From contig CAVTIN010000003.1 in assembly GCA_963734895.1 (NCBI GenBank), positions 67,718 to 131,717 on the forward strand: a DNA stretch of 64,000 nt. Direction: 5' to 3'. The first letter of the stretch is position 1; each line of letters starts with the position of its first letter. Below are positions 18,836 to 28,838 of the stretch, piece after piece. The DNA comes from an uncultured Chloroflexia bacterium. GTDB lineage: Bacteria; Chloroflexota; Limnocylindria; Limnocylindrales; CSP1-4. Under the pieces are notes generated by a model. The model was not told where the DNA came from. It did no database searches and saw nothing but the letters and a program-made list of their open reading frames with translations. The position numbers and the translations under genes are program-made.

Positions 18836-19834
18836 TCAGCCGCCGGCAGCGCCCGCGGCGAACAGGGCGATGACCTGAAGCGCATTGAACGCCGCATGCA
18901 GGCCGATCGCGGCGTACAGCGACCGCCGCGACAGGAACACCCAGCCAAGCGCGATGCCAACTGGCAGCAGCGCGATGAAGGAGAACAGCGCGTGCTGGGC
19001 GCCCGTGCCGAACGATGCGTCGAACAACGTGATCACGTGCGCGAGGGCAAAGAACGCCGCTCCCCGGATGATCGCCGGCCTGGCACCCCGGACGCGGGCC
19101 CACGCGGTGGTCGCGAACCCGCGGAAGAACAGCTCCTCGCCGATCGGCGCAAGCACGGCCGCCGAGACCAGGTTGGCGACGAGAGCAAGCGCGTCGCCCG
19201 CCTTGGGAAGCGGGCTCGGGGCTGGCTCCAGGAACCCGGCGAGCAGGCCGCCCAGGATGAGCGTGAACCCCAGCACCGGGACCGCGATCAGGGCGCCGAC
19301 GAGCAGGTCGCGTACCGCCTCGGCCGGACGGTGATGGAGCCCCATGTCCTTCCACGCGAGCGCGCCGGGGCCGACGACGAGCAGTCGCACGACGGCGAGG
19401 TACATGAGGGTCGTGAGCACCAGGGACACGGTGGTGGCCAGCGGTGACTCGGCGCTCACACCCAGTGCCGAGAGCGGCGCGAGGACGACGACGATCGCCA
19501 CCAGGGTCAGCGCGATCACGGCGAGGAACGTGAGCACCGGAGATGGCCCGCGGTAGTCCAGGGTCAGGTCGCGTCCGCGCTCGACCGCCTGGGAGCCTGC
19601 GGCGGAAACGAGCCCCAAGGCGAGCACGATCAGGCCGCCGAGGAACAGCCAGGGCGCCGCTCCGCTGCCCGACGCCAGGAACGAGACCGTCACGGTCGCG
19701 AGGCCCATGAGCGCGCCGAGCCAGCCGATCAGGTACAGGGCGGGGGCCGCGCGACCCTCGAGGCTGAAGATCGAGGCACCGGGGACGGGAGGGGCTGCCG
19801 ACGGTTCGGAGCGGGGCTCCGACGGTTCGGTCAA
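18836..19834 (-). CDS. CPBP-family (CAAX-type) intramembrane metalloprotease
   Basis: It has multiple TM helices and the motifs IGEELFFRGF, FFALAH and HAAFN. The start is unresolved. TTG 19834 overlaps the upstream gene's stop (TTGA) and is my best guess. Confidence 0.7.
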   Translation of the reverse strand: MTEPSEPRSEPSAAPPVPGASIFSLEGRAAPALYLIGWLGALMGLATVTVSFLASGSGAAPWLFLGGLIVLALGLVSAAGSQAVERGRDLTLDYRGPSPVLTFLAVIALTLVAIVVVLAPLSALGVSAESPLATTVSLVLTTLMYLAVVRLLVVGPGALAWKDMGLHHRPAEAVRDLLVGALIAVPVLGFTLILGGLLAGFLEPAPSPLPKAGDALALVANLVSAAVLAPIGEELFFRGFATTAWARVRGARPAIIRGAAFFALAHVITLFDASFGTGAQHALFSFIALLPVGIALGWVFLSRRSLYAAIGLHAAFNALQVIALFAAGAAGG

Positions 19835-20478
19835 GGCTCCGAGATCGGCCCCTGCGCCTTGCGCGGCGGAGACACCGAGCGCGGCGTCTGCCGCAGCGAG
19901 GCGGACCGGGTCGGCGGATGCAGCGGCGTGCGGCTGGTCGCCTCGAGACGATCGGGCCCGGCAAGGCCGCCGGTGATGGGCTCGAGGGCGGCGAGATCGG
20001 TGCGCTCGAAGTCGCGCCCGCACCAGGCGCACAGCGACCAGTCGAGGCCGACCAGCCGGCCGCAGTTGGCGCAAACCCGGTTGAGGCGCGTCCGGCAGGT
20101 CGGGCAGATGATCCACTCCTCGTGGACCCGGCGGGCGCAGGTGGGGCAGGTGCGGATCGTCTCCACCTCGGCCAGGAGCGCCTCCTCTGCGAGGTTGCGC
20201 TCGTAGATCTCGCCGATCTTCTCCTGGGGCCGCAGGATCCGGTACACGATGATCCCGAACGGGAACAGGATCGGCGTGAACAGCACGATCAGGGCCGCCG
20301 CCACGTACGGCAGGACGGGGTTGTCAGTCCGGAGCTGCATGTCGCGGAACGCCCAATAGGCGGCCGCGAGCCACAGGATGATGAAATAGGCGACGAACGC
20401 CTGGAACGTGAGCTGCACGATCGGGTTGTCGAAGAACCCGCCGATCGTGCTGCCGATCGTGTCGAGGATCTCTTGCAT
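19831..20478 (-). CDS. membrane protein with a double zinc-ribbon
   Basis: Two TM helices are followed by CPTCARR..CPTCRTRL..CANCGRLV..CAWCG, four CxxC pairs. Confidence 0.75.
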   Translation of the reverse strand: MQEILDTIGSTIGGFFDNPIVQLTFQAFVAYFIILWLAAAYWAFRDMQLRTDNPVLPYVAAALIVLFTPILFPFGIIVYRILRPQEKIGEIYERNLAEEALLAEVETIRTCPTCARRVHEEWIICPTCRTRLNRVCANCGRLVGLDWSLCAWCGRDFERTDLAALEPITGGLAGPDRLEATSRTPLHPPTRSASLRQTPRSVSPPRKAQGPISEP

Positions 20479-20581
20479 GCGGCGGCGTGGGGCCTCCCAG
20501 CGGGCGCGAGGCGCGGCCCGAGGGCACGCGGCGTTCGGCAGTGTAACAGGGGCTCACCAAGGCTCCCCGGCGCGCCCGCGC

Positions 20582-21583
20582 TCAGACGCCGGGGACGGCG
20601 TCCTCGTGACGGAGGCGAACGGTCGCGAAGGTCCATGTCGCTGCCCGAATGGCCGCGGCGAGCCCTGCCAGGACGAGGCCCCCAAGCCACACCGCGACCC
20701 AGATGGCAACCGCAGCGAGCGCGTTGACGGGATCGGCTCCACCGATCATCAGGTCCCGGACCCGCGTCCACCCGACCCCAGACGCGAGGAGCGCCGGACC
20801 GAGCATCAGCAGGACCGTGACGAGGCCGGTGATCGAGGTGGCCAGCGCGCGATGCGGCCGGCGCGCCACGTCCGCCCAGCCGAGCAGCCAGGCGCGAGCG
20901 ACGGATCGCCGACCGAGGACAAGGTGGCGGACGGCGATCGAGCCGGCCGCGTCAGACAGGAGCCAGGCCGCCCCGACGCCCGCGAGCAGACCCGGGACGT
21001 CGCGCACGACGCGCAGCGGGAGCGGCGTCACGAGGTCATCGGGCAGGACCAGCTCGTGGTACGCAGCGTCGTACAGTGGGCCCCAGGCCAGGACGAAGGC
21101 GACGAGCACGGGCACCAGTGCCATCAGCCGGATCAGCGTGATCCGGCTCACGCCTGGCGCGCCGGCAAGGTCGCCGGCCTGCACCGCCAGGCCCTCGCCC
21201 GTCGCGGCGTCGAGCGCAATCAGGATCCCCTGCCGCTCCGCCCACGCGCCGACGGCACACGCGATGACCACGATCGCGACGCCGAGCATCACCCCGGCAG
21301 CGACAAGCAGCACCAGCTCGGCCGACGGCGTCCCCAGAACGAGCCGGTTTGCCGGCCCACCGAGGTCGTTCTGGAGCCCGGTCGGCGTCGGCAGGACGAG
21401 GATCGGCCACGCCACGAGGACGATGCCCCCGCCGGCGAGAAACCCGAGCAAGCCGAAGGCCCACGATGCGGGCCGGATCAGCGTCGTGACGAACGCGGCG
21501 GTGACGGCCGTCCGCCACGGGAGTCCCGCTCCGGCCAACCTGCCCCGATCCGCGCCCGGCCGGGTCGCGGCGGCCTGGGTCAC
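20582..21583 (-). CDS. polytopic integral membrane protein, unknown function
   Basis: About 8 hydrophobic segments. Its GTG start overlaps the UPF0182 stop (GTGA at 21583..21580). Confidence 0.6.
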   Translation of the reverse strand: MTQAAATRPGADRGRLAGAGLPWRTAVTAAFVTTLIRPASWAFGLLGFLAGGGIVLVAWPILVLPTPTGLQNDLGGPANRLVLGTPSAELVLLVAAGVMLGVAIVVIACAVGAWAERQGILIALDAATGEGLAVQAGDLAGAPGVSRITLIRLMALVPVLVAFVLAWGPLYDAAYHELVLPDDLVTPLPLRVVRDVPGLLAGVGAAWLLSDAAGSIAVRHLVLGRRSVARAWLLGWADVARRPHRALATSITGLVTVLLMLGPALLASGVGWTRVRDLMIGGADPVNALAAVAIWVAVWLGGLVLAGLAAAIRAATWTFATVRLRHEDAVPGV

Positions 21584-24500
21584 GGCTGCTGGCTGGCTCC
21601 GGGCGATGCGGTCAGCTCGCCCAGCCGCTGCAGCGCATCCTGGACGCGCTGGATCTCGGTACCGTACGTTGCGAAATCGCCGTCACGCAGGGCCTGCTGG
21701 GCAAGCTCGAAGTGCTGATTGGCGTAGGCGACGAGGCCATCGACGTCGGACGGCAGGTCGCTGCCCGGCGGCAGCGTCGGGCGCGGGGTGGCAGACGCAC
21801 CTGGCGTCGGGCTGGGCCCGGGTGTCGGGGATGACCCCGGGCTGCCGCCCTGGGCCGCGAGCAGCTGCTTGAGCGCATCGGCCAGGGTGTCACCCCAGAC
21901 GATCGTGGTCGGGCTGCCCACCACGATCTTGCGGAACTCCGGGAACTTGGCCGAGGTCGACTGCAGGTATACGGGCTGGAGGTAGACCAGCGAGTCCCCC
22001 ACCGGGACGACGATCAGGTTGCCGCGAATGACGCGGCTCCCGCTCTGGTTCCAGAGCGTGATCTGGCCGCTGATCGTCGAGTCCTGGTCGATGCGGGCCT
22101 CGATCTGCGCGGGCCCGAAGATGGTCGTGTCCGCCGGGAACTGGAAGACCTGCACCGTCCCGTAGTTGGGTGCGTCATTGCGGGCCGCGACCCAGCTGAT
22201 CATGTTCGGCCGGCTGGCGGCGATCATCGGCTGGATCAGCAGGAACTCTGCCGCGCTCTCGCCCGGCAGTCGCATCACGACGTAGTACGCCTCGGTCGCG
22301 AGCGTCTGCTCGTTGGTCTGCACATCGGGCACCGTCCAGCGGTCGTTGTTCGAGAAGAACACGAGCGGCTGCGTCACGTGGTAGCGCCCGAACACCCGTG
22401 CCTGGACGTTGAACAGCTCCTCGGGAACTCGAAGGTGGGACGCGATCCCGGCCGGAATCTGGTCGATGCTCGTGAACAGGGTCGGGAAGATCTTCTGCCA
22501 GGTGCGGATAAGCGGATCGGTCGGATCGGCCACGTACAGGTGCATCGTGCCGTCGTAGGCGTCCATCGTGATCTTGATGCTGTTGCGGATGTAGTTGAAC
22601 TGGCCGGCACCGAGACCGGTGGTCCCGCCGAGGTCCGATGGGTTGAACCAGGTGGCGTGCGGGAACCGGTCGCTGACCGTGTAGGCGTCCTGGACGTAGA
22701 CGAGGCGCCCCGCGTCGTCGACGACCAGATACGGGTCCTTGTCGTAGCGCAGGAACGGGGCGATCATCCCCAGCCGGTCGCTGAGCGTGCGGTGGAACAG
22801 GAGCTGGCTGTCCGCCTGGATCTGGTCGGAGATCAGGAGGTCAAGGTCGCGGAACCGGAGCGCGTACAGCAGCCTGGTGAGTGTCGAATCGAGCTTGATC
22901 CCCGTGTCGCCGGTCCAGGTTGTCTTCTCGTCACTGCTGCCGGCGCTGGTATCGCGCGGGTAGTCGAACTCGGCCTGGCGTGCCCCGACGACGACGTAGT
23001 GGTCGTCGCCCTCGCCGAAGTAGATCCGCGGCTGCGTCACGGTCGGCGCATCGCTGTTCGAGACGGGCGGGAGGTCGCGGATCCACAGGCGCGGCTGGCC
23101 CTCCGGGGTGACCTCATTGACCGGCACCATGGCCAGACCCACTCCGTGGGTGTAGATGATCCGCTCGTTGACCCAGCTGGTCGCCGCCGGGTTCTTCTGG
23201 ATCGCGAGCTCGCGCGCCGAAAGCATCACCTGGCGGAGCTTCCCACCGATCATGTAGCGGTCGGTGTCCACGTCGATGAAGTCGTAGTACTGGCGAACGG
23301 TCTGCAGCTGGTCGAGCGTGGTCTGCAGGGGCCGGTAGTCCCAAAGGCGGGCATTCGTGAACGTGTCCGCCTCGTTGTCGATCGCTGTCTGCGTGAGCGG
23401 TTGGTCACCGCTGTACGGCTGGGACGTCCATTTGTCGAGCCCGAACGCGAGCCGCGTCATCGCGATGTTGTTCCCGATGTACTGCTCCTCCTGGGCATAG
23501 GTGTTGGGGTCGACGGTGAACCGCTGGATCGCCTCCGGGTACAGCTGCCCGAGCACGATCGAGGCGCTGAACCACACGATGACGATCATCCCGAGCGGCC
23601 ACAGCCAGCGGGTGAACGCGCCGGCGACCAGGAGGGCGCCGGCCAGGCCCGAGAGGAACGTGAGCACGTCGTAGGCCATGAACCGCGCGTTGGCGTCGGT
23701 GAACGACACGCCGATCGAGACGCCGGAGCTGCTGTAGACGAGCTCGTACTTGTCGAGCTGGTAGCCGAACGCGACCGACAGCAGGTACAGCCCCGCCAGT
23801 ACCGCGAGGTGGACGCGGACGCGCGTGATGAACACCTCGCCGCCACGCGAGGCGGCGACCAGGTAGCGGGCGCCGGCGACGGCGAGCGAGGCGAGCAGGA
23901 GTCCGTTGACGAGCGTCTGGGCGAGCCGGAAGAACGGCAGCTCGAACAGGAAGAAGCTGATGTCCTTGCCGAACACGGGGTCGGTGACCGACGACGTGGG
24001 CGAGAACGGCACCCGGTTTGCCCACATCAGCAGCGTGTCCCATGCGCCCGAGACGGTCCCGGCAACGCCCAGCGCCAGGAGGATCGCAAACCCGGCGATC
24101 ACCCACCGCGCGAGCGGGACGATATCCGGCAGGTCCTCGGGCTCGAACACGAACGTTCCCTCGTCCCGACCACCGCCGCCGCCGGTGGCACCGCCGAACG
24201 GTCCGCGGAGCTGGCCGCTGGCCCTCGCGCTCCGCTCGGCCTGGCGCTGCGCCTCACCCAGGCGGCTGGCGATCGCACGGAGCCGGCCCGGCCGCTCCGG
24301 GTCCGGGGGCGGCGCGAGGCGTCCAGCCACCAACAGGTTGCCGAGCAGGACCGCGAGCGCAACCACGAGCGCGACAGCGAACAGGCCGACCTGCGCCCCG
24401 AGGCGGGTCCAGAACACTGCGTCGAACCCGACGCTCTTGTACCAGATGGCATCGGTCCAGATGTCGACCGTGGTGCCGGCCAGGATCACGATGAACAGCA

Positions 24501-24873
24501 CCGCGGCGATGACGAGCGCGGCGCCCATCCGGCGCAGGATCGCGCCGATCGAGGGGGGCTGTGCGCCGTCGTTCGGGCCGCCTACGGGCCGCGGGGACCG
24601 GGGGCCTCGCGGTGGTCCGCCCGCGCGCCGACGACGCCGGCGGAGCGGGATGGGTTCGGGGCTGGGCCGGTCATCCAATTCGCCCGATGCCGTGTCGTCG
24701 GCATCGCTCGCGGCGTCTGAGTCCGAGACCTCGTCATCGGGGGCGTCCCCGCCCTCATCCTCGCCCTCGTCCTCGGAGTGGCCGTCATCGCCGTCGGACC
24801 GAGGCGCTCGGCCCTCCGCCTCAGCCCGCCGGCGCTCCAGCTCGCGCATGAACTCATCGAACAGGTCAGTCAT
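21580..24873 (-). CDS. UPF0182-family large membrane protein
   Basis: About 1100 aa. It has N-terminal TM helices with WYKSVGFDAVFWTRLG and a long extracytoplasmic region, typical of the actinobacterial UPF0182 family. The acidic N-terminal extension may shorten if an internal start is used. Confidence 0.8.
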   Translation of the reverse strand: MTDLFDEFMRELERRRAEAEGRAPRSDGDDGHSEDEGEDEGGDAPDDEVSDSDAASDADDTASGELDDRPSPEPIPLRRRRRRAGGPPRGPRSPRPVGGPNDGAQPPSIGAILRRMGAALVIAAVLFIVILAGTTVDIWTDAIWYKSVGFDAVFWTRLGAQVGLFAVALVVALAVLLGNLLVAGRLAPPPDPERPGRLRAIASRLGEAQRQAERSARASGQLRGPFGGATGGGGGRDEGTFVFEPEDLPDIVPLARWVIAGFAILLALGVAGTVSGAWDTLLMWANRVPFSPTSSVTDPVFGKDISFFLFELPFFRLAQTLVNGLLLASLAVAGARYLVAASRGGEVFITRVRVHLAVLAGLYLLSVAFGYQLDKYELVYSSSGVSIGVSFTDANARFMAYDVLTFLSGLAGALLVAGAFTRWLWPLGMIVIVWFSASIVLGQLYPEAIQRFTVDPNTYAQEEQYIGNNIAMTRLAFGLDKWTSQPYSGDQPLTQTAIDNEADTFTNARLWDYRPLQTTLDQLQTVRQYYDFIDVDTDRYMIGGKLRQVMLSARELAIQKNPAATSWVNERIIYTHGVGLAMVPVNEVTPEGQPRLWIRDLPPVSNSDAPTVTQPRIYFGEGDDHYVVVGARQAEFDYPRDTSAGSSDEKTTWTGDTGIKLDSTLTRLLYALRFRDLDLLISDQIQADSQLLFHRTLSDRLGMIAPFLRYDKDPYLVVDDAGRLVYVQDAYTVSDRFPHATWFNPSDLGGTTGLGAGQFNYIRNSIKITMDAYDGTMHLYVADPTDPLIRTWQKIFPTLFTSIDQIPAGIASHLRVPEELFNVQARVFGRYHVTQPLVFFSNNDRWTVPDVQTNEQTLATEAYYVVMRLPGESAAEFLLIQPMIAASRPNMISWVAARNDAPNYGTVQVFQFPADTTIFGPAQIEARIDQDSTISGQITLWNQSGSRVIRGNLIVVPVGDSLVYLQPVYLQSTSAKFPEFRKIVVGSPTTIVWGDTLADALKQLLAAQGGSPGSSPTPGPSPTPGASATPRPTLPPGSDLPSDVDGLVAYANQHFELAQQALRDGDFATYGTEIQRVQDALQRLGELTASPGASQQP

Positions 24874-24949
24874 TCCGGATGAGTCTATGTGACTCCGGCC
24901 TTCCCGGCGAACCAGAAGCCATCCTCATCGTCGCTGGTCTCGTGGCCGA

Positions 24950-25408
24950 TCAGGGTCGGGACAGCGACTCGACCGATCGCCGGAATCCCGCCAGGACCTG
25001 CTCCGCGAGCTGATTGGCCCGCAGCGTGACCATCAGCGCCGGCTCCCAGCGGAAGGCCGCCCGGATGGCCAGCGGTGCGTGCCATGGGCGGGTGTCGTCG
25101 TCGGGCGGAACGAGGGGGGCGAGCTTGATCGCAAGCCGTCCGTCCTCCTCACGGATCATCCCGGACAAGGATCCGGCAAACAACGGACCCAGGTGGAGGA
25201 GCGGCGGCTCCGGCGGCGGTCCGGCGGCGGGGCCCACCTCCCGGAAGCTCACGACGCCCTCGTCGTCGGCAACCCACAGGACCGCAAGCCACCAGTCGTC
25301 CGGACCATCGACGGGCTTGGCCATGCCGGCCTGGAGGCGCCGATCCCCGACACGGACGACCTGCTCGCGCAGAAAGGAAGGACCCGGATGCGGCAGTCGG
25401 TCTGGCAC
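24950..25408 (-). CDS. hypothetical protein
   Basis: The protein-like part is MAKPVDGPDDWWLAVLWVADDEGVVSFREV... The upstream part of the 294-aa ORF is R/S/P-rich. The start is GTG 25408 or ATG 25324. Confidence 0.5.
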   Translation of the reverse strand: MPDRLPHPGPSFLREQVVRVGDRRLQAGMAKPVDGPDDWWLAVLWVADDEGVVSFREVGPAAGPPPEPPLLHLGPLFAGSLSGMIREEDGRLAIKLAPLVPPDDDTRPWHAPLAIRAAFRWEPALMVTLRANQLAEQVLAGFRRSVESLSRP

Positions 25409-25436
25409 GCGGCCGAGGATACCCGGCGAGTGGGCG

Positions 25437-25991
25437 TCAGGTGCCCGGCGTGGCTCCCGGCGCCGGCGGCGCTGCGGGGACCGAGGGCGCGTCGACGGCG
25501 ACGGCGTCGTCATCGGCGCCCGCGTCGACATCGGCGCCGGACGCGACATCGGCGCCGGGCGCATCGCCCGCAGGCGCGTCGGCGGCGTTGAGCTCCGCGA
25601 GCGTGATGCCGCGGTGCGACAGCGCATCCGACTTGAGCGCGATGGCCTCGGCCTCGAGGTCTGCCCGCTCCGCATCGATCTGGAGGCGGAGCATCTCGCG
25701 GCGCACCGCATCCGACGGCGGCGCGACCGACGACGGGTCAAGCGGCCCACCGGAATCGGGCGGCATGTCGCCGGTGAGGAACGAGAGGATCCGACTCCGG
25801 GGTCGTGCCCCGGAGCGGGCTCCGGTAATGGCATGCGGATCGAGAGCGGTCAAGCCGGGGAGCTCGGGCTCGGTTCCCGTCGCGCTCGTGAGCGTCGCTC
25901 CGCAGGACGGGCAGCGCTCAACGTCAGGGGCGGGAAGCTCGGCCGAGCACCACTGGCAGGTGGTGACCGGACCGCTCGTCAGATCGGCCAT
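25437..25991 (-). CDS. zinc-ribbon protein with a coiled-coil and an acidic Ala/Asp-rich tail
   Basis: MADLTSGPVTTCQWCSAEL..CPSCGATL (CxxC..CxxC), followed by REMLRLQIDAERADLEAEAIALK. Confidence 0.55.
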   Translation of the reverse strand: MADLTSGPVTTCQWCSAELPAPDVERCPSCGATLTSATGTEPELPGLTALDPHAITGARSGARPRSRILSFLTGDMPPDSGGPLDPSSVAPPSDAVRREMLRLQIDAERADLEAEAIALKSDALSHRGITLAELNAADAPAGDAPGADVASGADVDAGADDDAVAVDAPSVPAAPPAPGATPGT

Positions 25992-26045
25992 GTGCGCACT
26001 GTAGACCACCGGAGGGGTACCGATATCCCCCGTTCAGGCTATCCA

Positions 26046-27809
26046 TTACTCCCATTCGATCGTGGCCGGCGGCTTGCTGCTGATGTCGTAGACGACCCGG
26101 TTGACCCCGGGGACCTCGTTCACGATCCGGGAGGAGATCCTGCCAAGGACGTCATAGGGCAGCTTGGCCCAATCGGCGGTCATGCCGTCCTCGGAGGTGA
26201 CGGCCCGGATCGCGACCACGTTCGCGTACGTCCGACCATCGCCCATGACGCCGACCGACCGCACCGGGGTCAGGATGGCAAACGACTGCCAGACGTTGCG
26301 GTACAGGCCGGCGGCCTTGATCTCGTCGATCACGATCCAGTCGGCGTCACGCAGCGTGTCGAGCCGCTCCGCGGTGACCTCGCCGATGATCCGGATCGCG
26401 AGGCCCGGACCGGGGAACGGCTGGCGATGGACCATCGCGTCCGGCAGCCCGAGCTCGAGGCCAACCAGCCGCACCTCGTCCTTGAACAGGTAGCGCAGCG
26501 GCTCGATGAGCTGGAACCGGAGATCGGCCGGCAGGCCTCCGACGTTGTGGTGGGTCTTGATCTTCTGGGCGGTCTTCGTCTCCGGGGTGGTGGACTCGAT
26601 CACGTCCGGATAGAGCGTGCCCTGGGTCAGGAAGTCGATCCGGCCCAGCTTCGCCGCCTCCTCCTCGAACACGCGAATGAACTCGCTGCCGATGATCCGC
26701 CGCTTCTGCTCCGGGTCCGTGACGCCGGCGAGGCGAGCGAGGAAGCGCTCGCGCGCATCGACCATCACCAGGCGCATGCCGAGGTTCGCCTCGAACGTGA
26801 CCCGCAGGAGCTCCGACTCCTTCTTGCGCATCAGCCCGTGATCGACGTAGATGCAGGTCAGGCGGTCCCCGACCGCCCGATGGACGAGCGCGGCGGCCAC
26901 GGCGCTGTCGACGCCTCCCGAAAGGGCGCAGATGACCTGACCCTGGGAGCCCGTCGCGCTGGCGTGGCGGTCGACGCGCTCGCGGATCGCGGCGATCGTG
27001 GTCTCGGCGAAGTTTGCCGGGGTCCAGCTTGGCTCGATGGCCGCGATCCCGGTCACGAAGTTGCGCAGGACGTCTCGCCCCCGCGGGGTGTGGACGACCT
27101 CCGGGTGGAACTGGATGCCGTACAGGCCGCGATCGGGCGCGGCGAGCCCGGCGTAGGGCGTCGAATCGGTCTGGGCCGTGGCGTGGAACCCCTCGGGCAG
27201 CCGGGTGATCGAGTCGCCGTGGCTCATCCACACGGGCTGTTCGCGGTCGATGCCGTCGAACAGGCCATCGTCCCGGGTGAGCTGCACGGTTGCCGGCCCG
27301 TATTCGCGCCGTGTCGCGGGCAGGACGTCGCCACCCAGCTCCAGCGCCATCAGCTGGGCGCCGTAGCAGATGCCGAGGACCGGGATCCGGCCGCTCCAGA
27401 TCGAGGCGTGCGCCTTTGGCGCGGCATCGTCGTATACCGAGTTGGGACCGCCCGACAGGATGATCGCGCGCACGCCGCGACGCTCGAGCTCCGCCAGGGG
27501 TGTGTCGTGGGGCAGCAGCTCCGAGTAGACGTGAAGCTCGCGCACGCGGCGCGCGATCAGCTGGGCAAACTGGCTGCCGAAATCGAGGACGGCGACGCTG
27601 CCTGGCTCCGGGATGGCCGTTGCCGGGGGGCGGTCCTCAGGTGTCCGGGCCGGCGCCGGTGCGTCGAGCGCGACCTCGAGATATGCCTCGACCTCTGCGT
27701 CGTCCGGGGCGAGGACGCGGTGGCCTGCGTTGGCCGCCTCCCCGTGGACGGTCTTGCCGCGCCGCTCGCCGTCCTCGGCGATGGGCTGCGATGGCTCCTC
27801 CGGCTCGGC
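26046..27809 (-). CDS. guaA: GMP synthase (glutamine-hydrolysing)
   Basis: GATase domain ([26 protein letters not shown]), ATP-PPase motif SGGVDS, and C-terminal KPPATIEWE. The start is uncertain. TTG 27809 is preceded by GGGAGGGG. The ORF opens at 27953. Confidence 0.9.
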   Translation of the reverse strand, partial: AEPEEPSQPIAEDGERRGKTVHGEAANAGHRVLAPDDAEVEAYLEVALDAPAPARTPEDRPPATAIPEPGSVAVLDFGSQFAQLIARRVRELHVYSELLPHDTPLAELERRGVRAIILSGGPNSVYDDAAPKAHASIWSGRIPVLGICYGAQLMALELGGDVLPATRREYGPATVQLTRDDGLFDGIDREQPVWMSHGDSITRLPEGFHATAQTDSTPYAGLAAPDRGLYGIQFHPEVVHTPRGRDVLRNFVTGIAAIEPSWTPANFAETTIAAIRERVDRHASATGSQGQVICALSGGVDSAVAAALVHRAVGDRLTCIYVDHGLMRKKESELLRVTFEANLGMRLVMVDARERFLARLAGVTDPEQKRRIIGSEFIRVFEEEAAKLGRIDFLTQGTLYPDVIESTTPETKTAQKIKTHHNVGGLPADLRFQLIEPLRYLFKDEVRLVGLELGLPDAMVHRQPFPGPGLAIRIIGEVTAERLDTLRDADWIVIDEIKAAGLYRNVWQSFAILTPVRSVGVMGDGRTYANVVAIRAVTSEDGMTADWAKLPYDVLGRISSRIVNEVPGVNRVVYDISSKPPATIEWE

Positions 27810-27946
27810 CAATGACCCCTCCCGTGGCAGTGTGCGATCGTGTGCGCAGAGTCTACCGGCCGAGGCGCCCGCGAGGGTTGCCCTGCCTCGGTCCTGGGCC
27901 CGCGCCGGATGATCGACATCGCCAGATGCCAGGGGGGCTGCTGCAG

Positions 27947-28378
27947 ATGACACGCCAGAAGACCGACTCGTCGGACCACCCCCGCTACCCGATCCGGATC
28001 GGTGACCGGTCGGCAGGCCTGCTCCGGATCGTGTTCGGCGTGACGCCCGAGCGCGCCTGGGCCATGGTCACCGACGAGGAGGTCGTAGCCAGGTTCGGCC
28101 GGTTCGAGCTCCGCGTCGCCGTATCGAACATCTCCGGTTGGCGGATCGAGGGTCCCTGGCGCTGGATCACGGCGATCGGCGTCCGCAGGAGCATCCGCGG
28201 CGGCGACGTCTCGTTCGCCGGCAGCCCGCGCGGCGGCGTGAGGCTCGACCTCCGGACGCCCGTCCGCTGGACCTTCCTCCGCGTCCCGGCGTTCTACGTC
28301 GGTGTCGAGGACGTGGAGGGCTTCGCGGCCGCCCTCACCGAGCGCGGAATACCCGGCGAGGACGGGCGTGGATCGTAG
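27947..28378 (+). CDS. hypothetical protein
   Basis: ATG 27947 ([20 protein letters not shown]..). It has normal amino-acid composition, unlike the upstream R/P/G-rich part of ORF 27500..28378. Confidence 0.55.
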   Translation: MTRQKTDSSDHPRYPIRIGDRSAGLLRIVFGVTPERAWAMVTDEEVVARFGRFELRVAVSNISGWRIEGPWRWITAIGVRRSIRGGDVSFAGSPRGGVRLDLRTPVRWTFLRVPAFYVGVEDVEGFAAALTERGIPGEDGRGS

Positions 28379-28469
28379 TTCGACGCCGCGGCCGGCCTCC
28401 GTCCGCGTTGCCGGGGCCGGCTATGGTCGCACTGCGTGACCTAACGCCGCGATCGACGGACCAGTTCTG

Positions 28470-28700
28470 TCACCTACCACGTGGCGCGGTGGTAGTCCGG
28501 CTTCTGCCACCTGTGGTTGGGCGAGCAGACGCGCCGAAGCCAGCTTCCCGCACGAATTCGCGGGCCGGTGGCCCGATCACGCCCGCTCGAGGCCAATGGG
28601 TGGGACTACCACCGCACCTCGCGGTGAGTGACGGGAATTCCGGCGCTCCAGGCAGATAGCACCACCTGCGGCGGTATGTGGCAGGAATAGCGCCCAATGA
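28470..28700. ncRNA. candidate structured RNA or UTR element of unknown class; strand unresolved
   Basis: A 13-bp perfect long-range helix pairs GCGGTGGTAGTCC (28486-28498) with GGACTACCACCGC (28603-28615) and encloses nested hairpins. The competing CTACCAC (28474-28480) and GCGGT (28621-28625) arms allow alternative pairings. No convincing ORF. Confidence 0.3.
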
Positions 28701-28809
28701 CCGAGCCTTGGCCGCCGCTGCCCTCGGTCCGGCCGCTACAGCCCTGGAAATCGCCTGGTCGCGGATGGCGACGCCACAGGGCGTGATAACGACCTCTGCT
28801 TCCGCTACG

Positions 28810-28833
28810 GCGCTCCGAGCTTCCCGGAGGCGC
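28810..28833 (-). terminator. hairpin immediately downstream of the guaB3-like stop
   Basis: On the minus strand, GCGCCTCCG / CGGAG-CGC forms an 8-bp stem with one bulge, 5 nt after the stop at 28839. There is no U-tract. Confidence 0.35.
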
Positions 28834-28838
28834 TGCCC

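Noticed and set aside
28379-28838. Assigning the structured intergenic region to RNase P RNA, tmRNA, SRP RNA or 6S RNA.
   Set aside because: I looked on both strands for the GGAAAGUCCGG / ACAGAAxxCGGCUUA pair, a tRNA-like CCA end with a tag ORF, and the SRP GGAAGCAGCC-type motif. Only weak partial resemblances appeared (for example GACAGAACUGG on the minus strand). That is not enough for a call.
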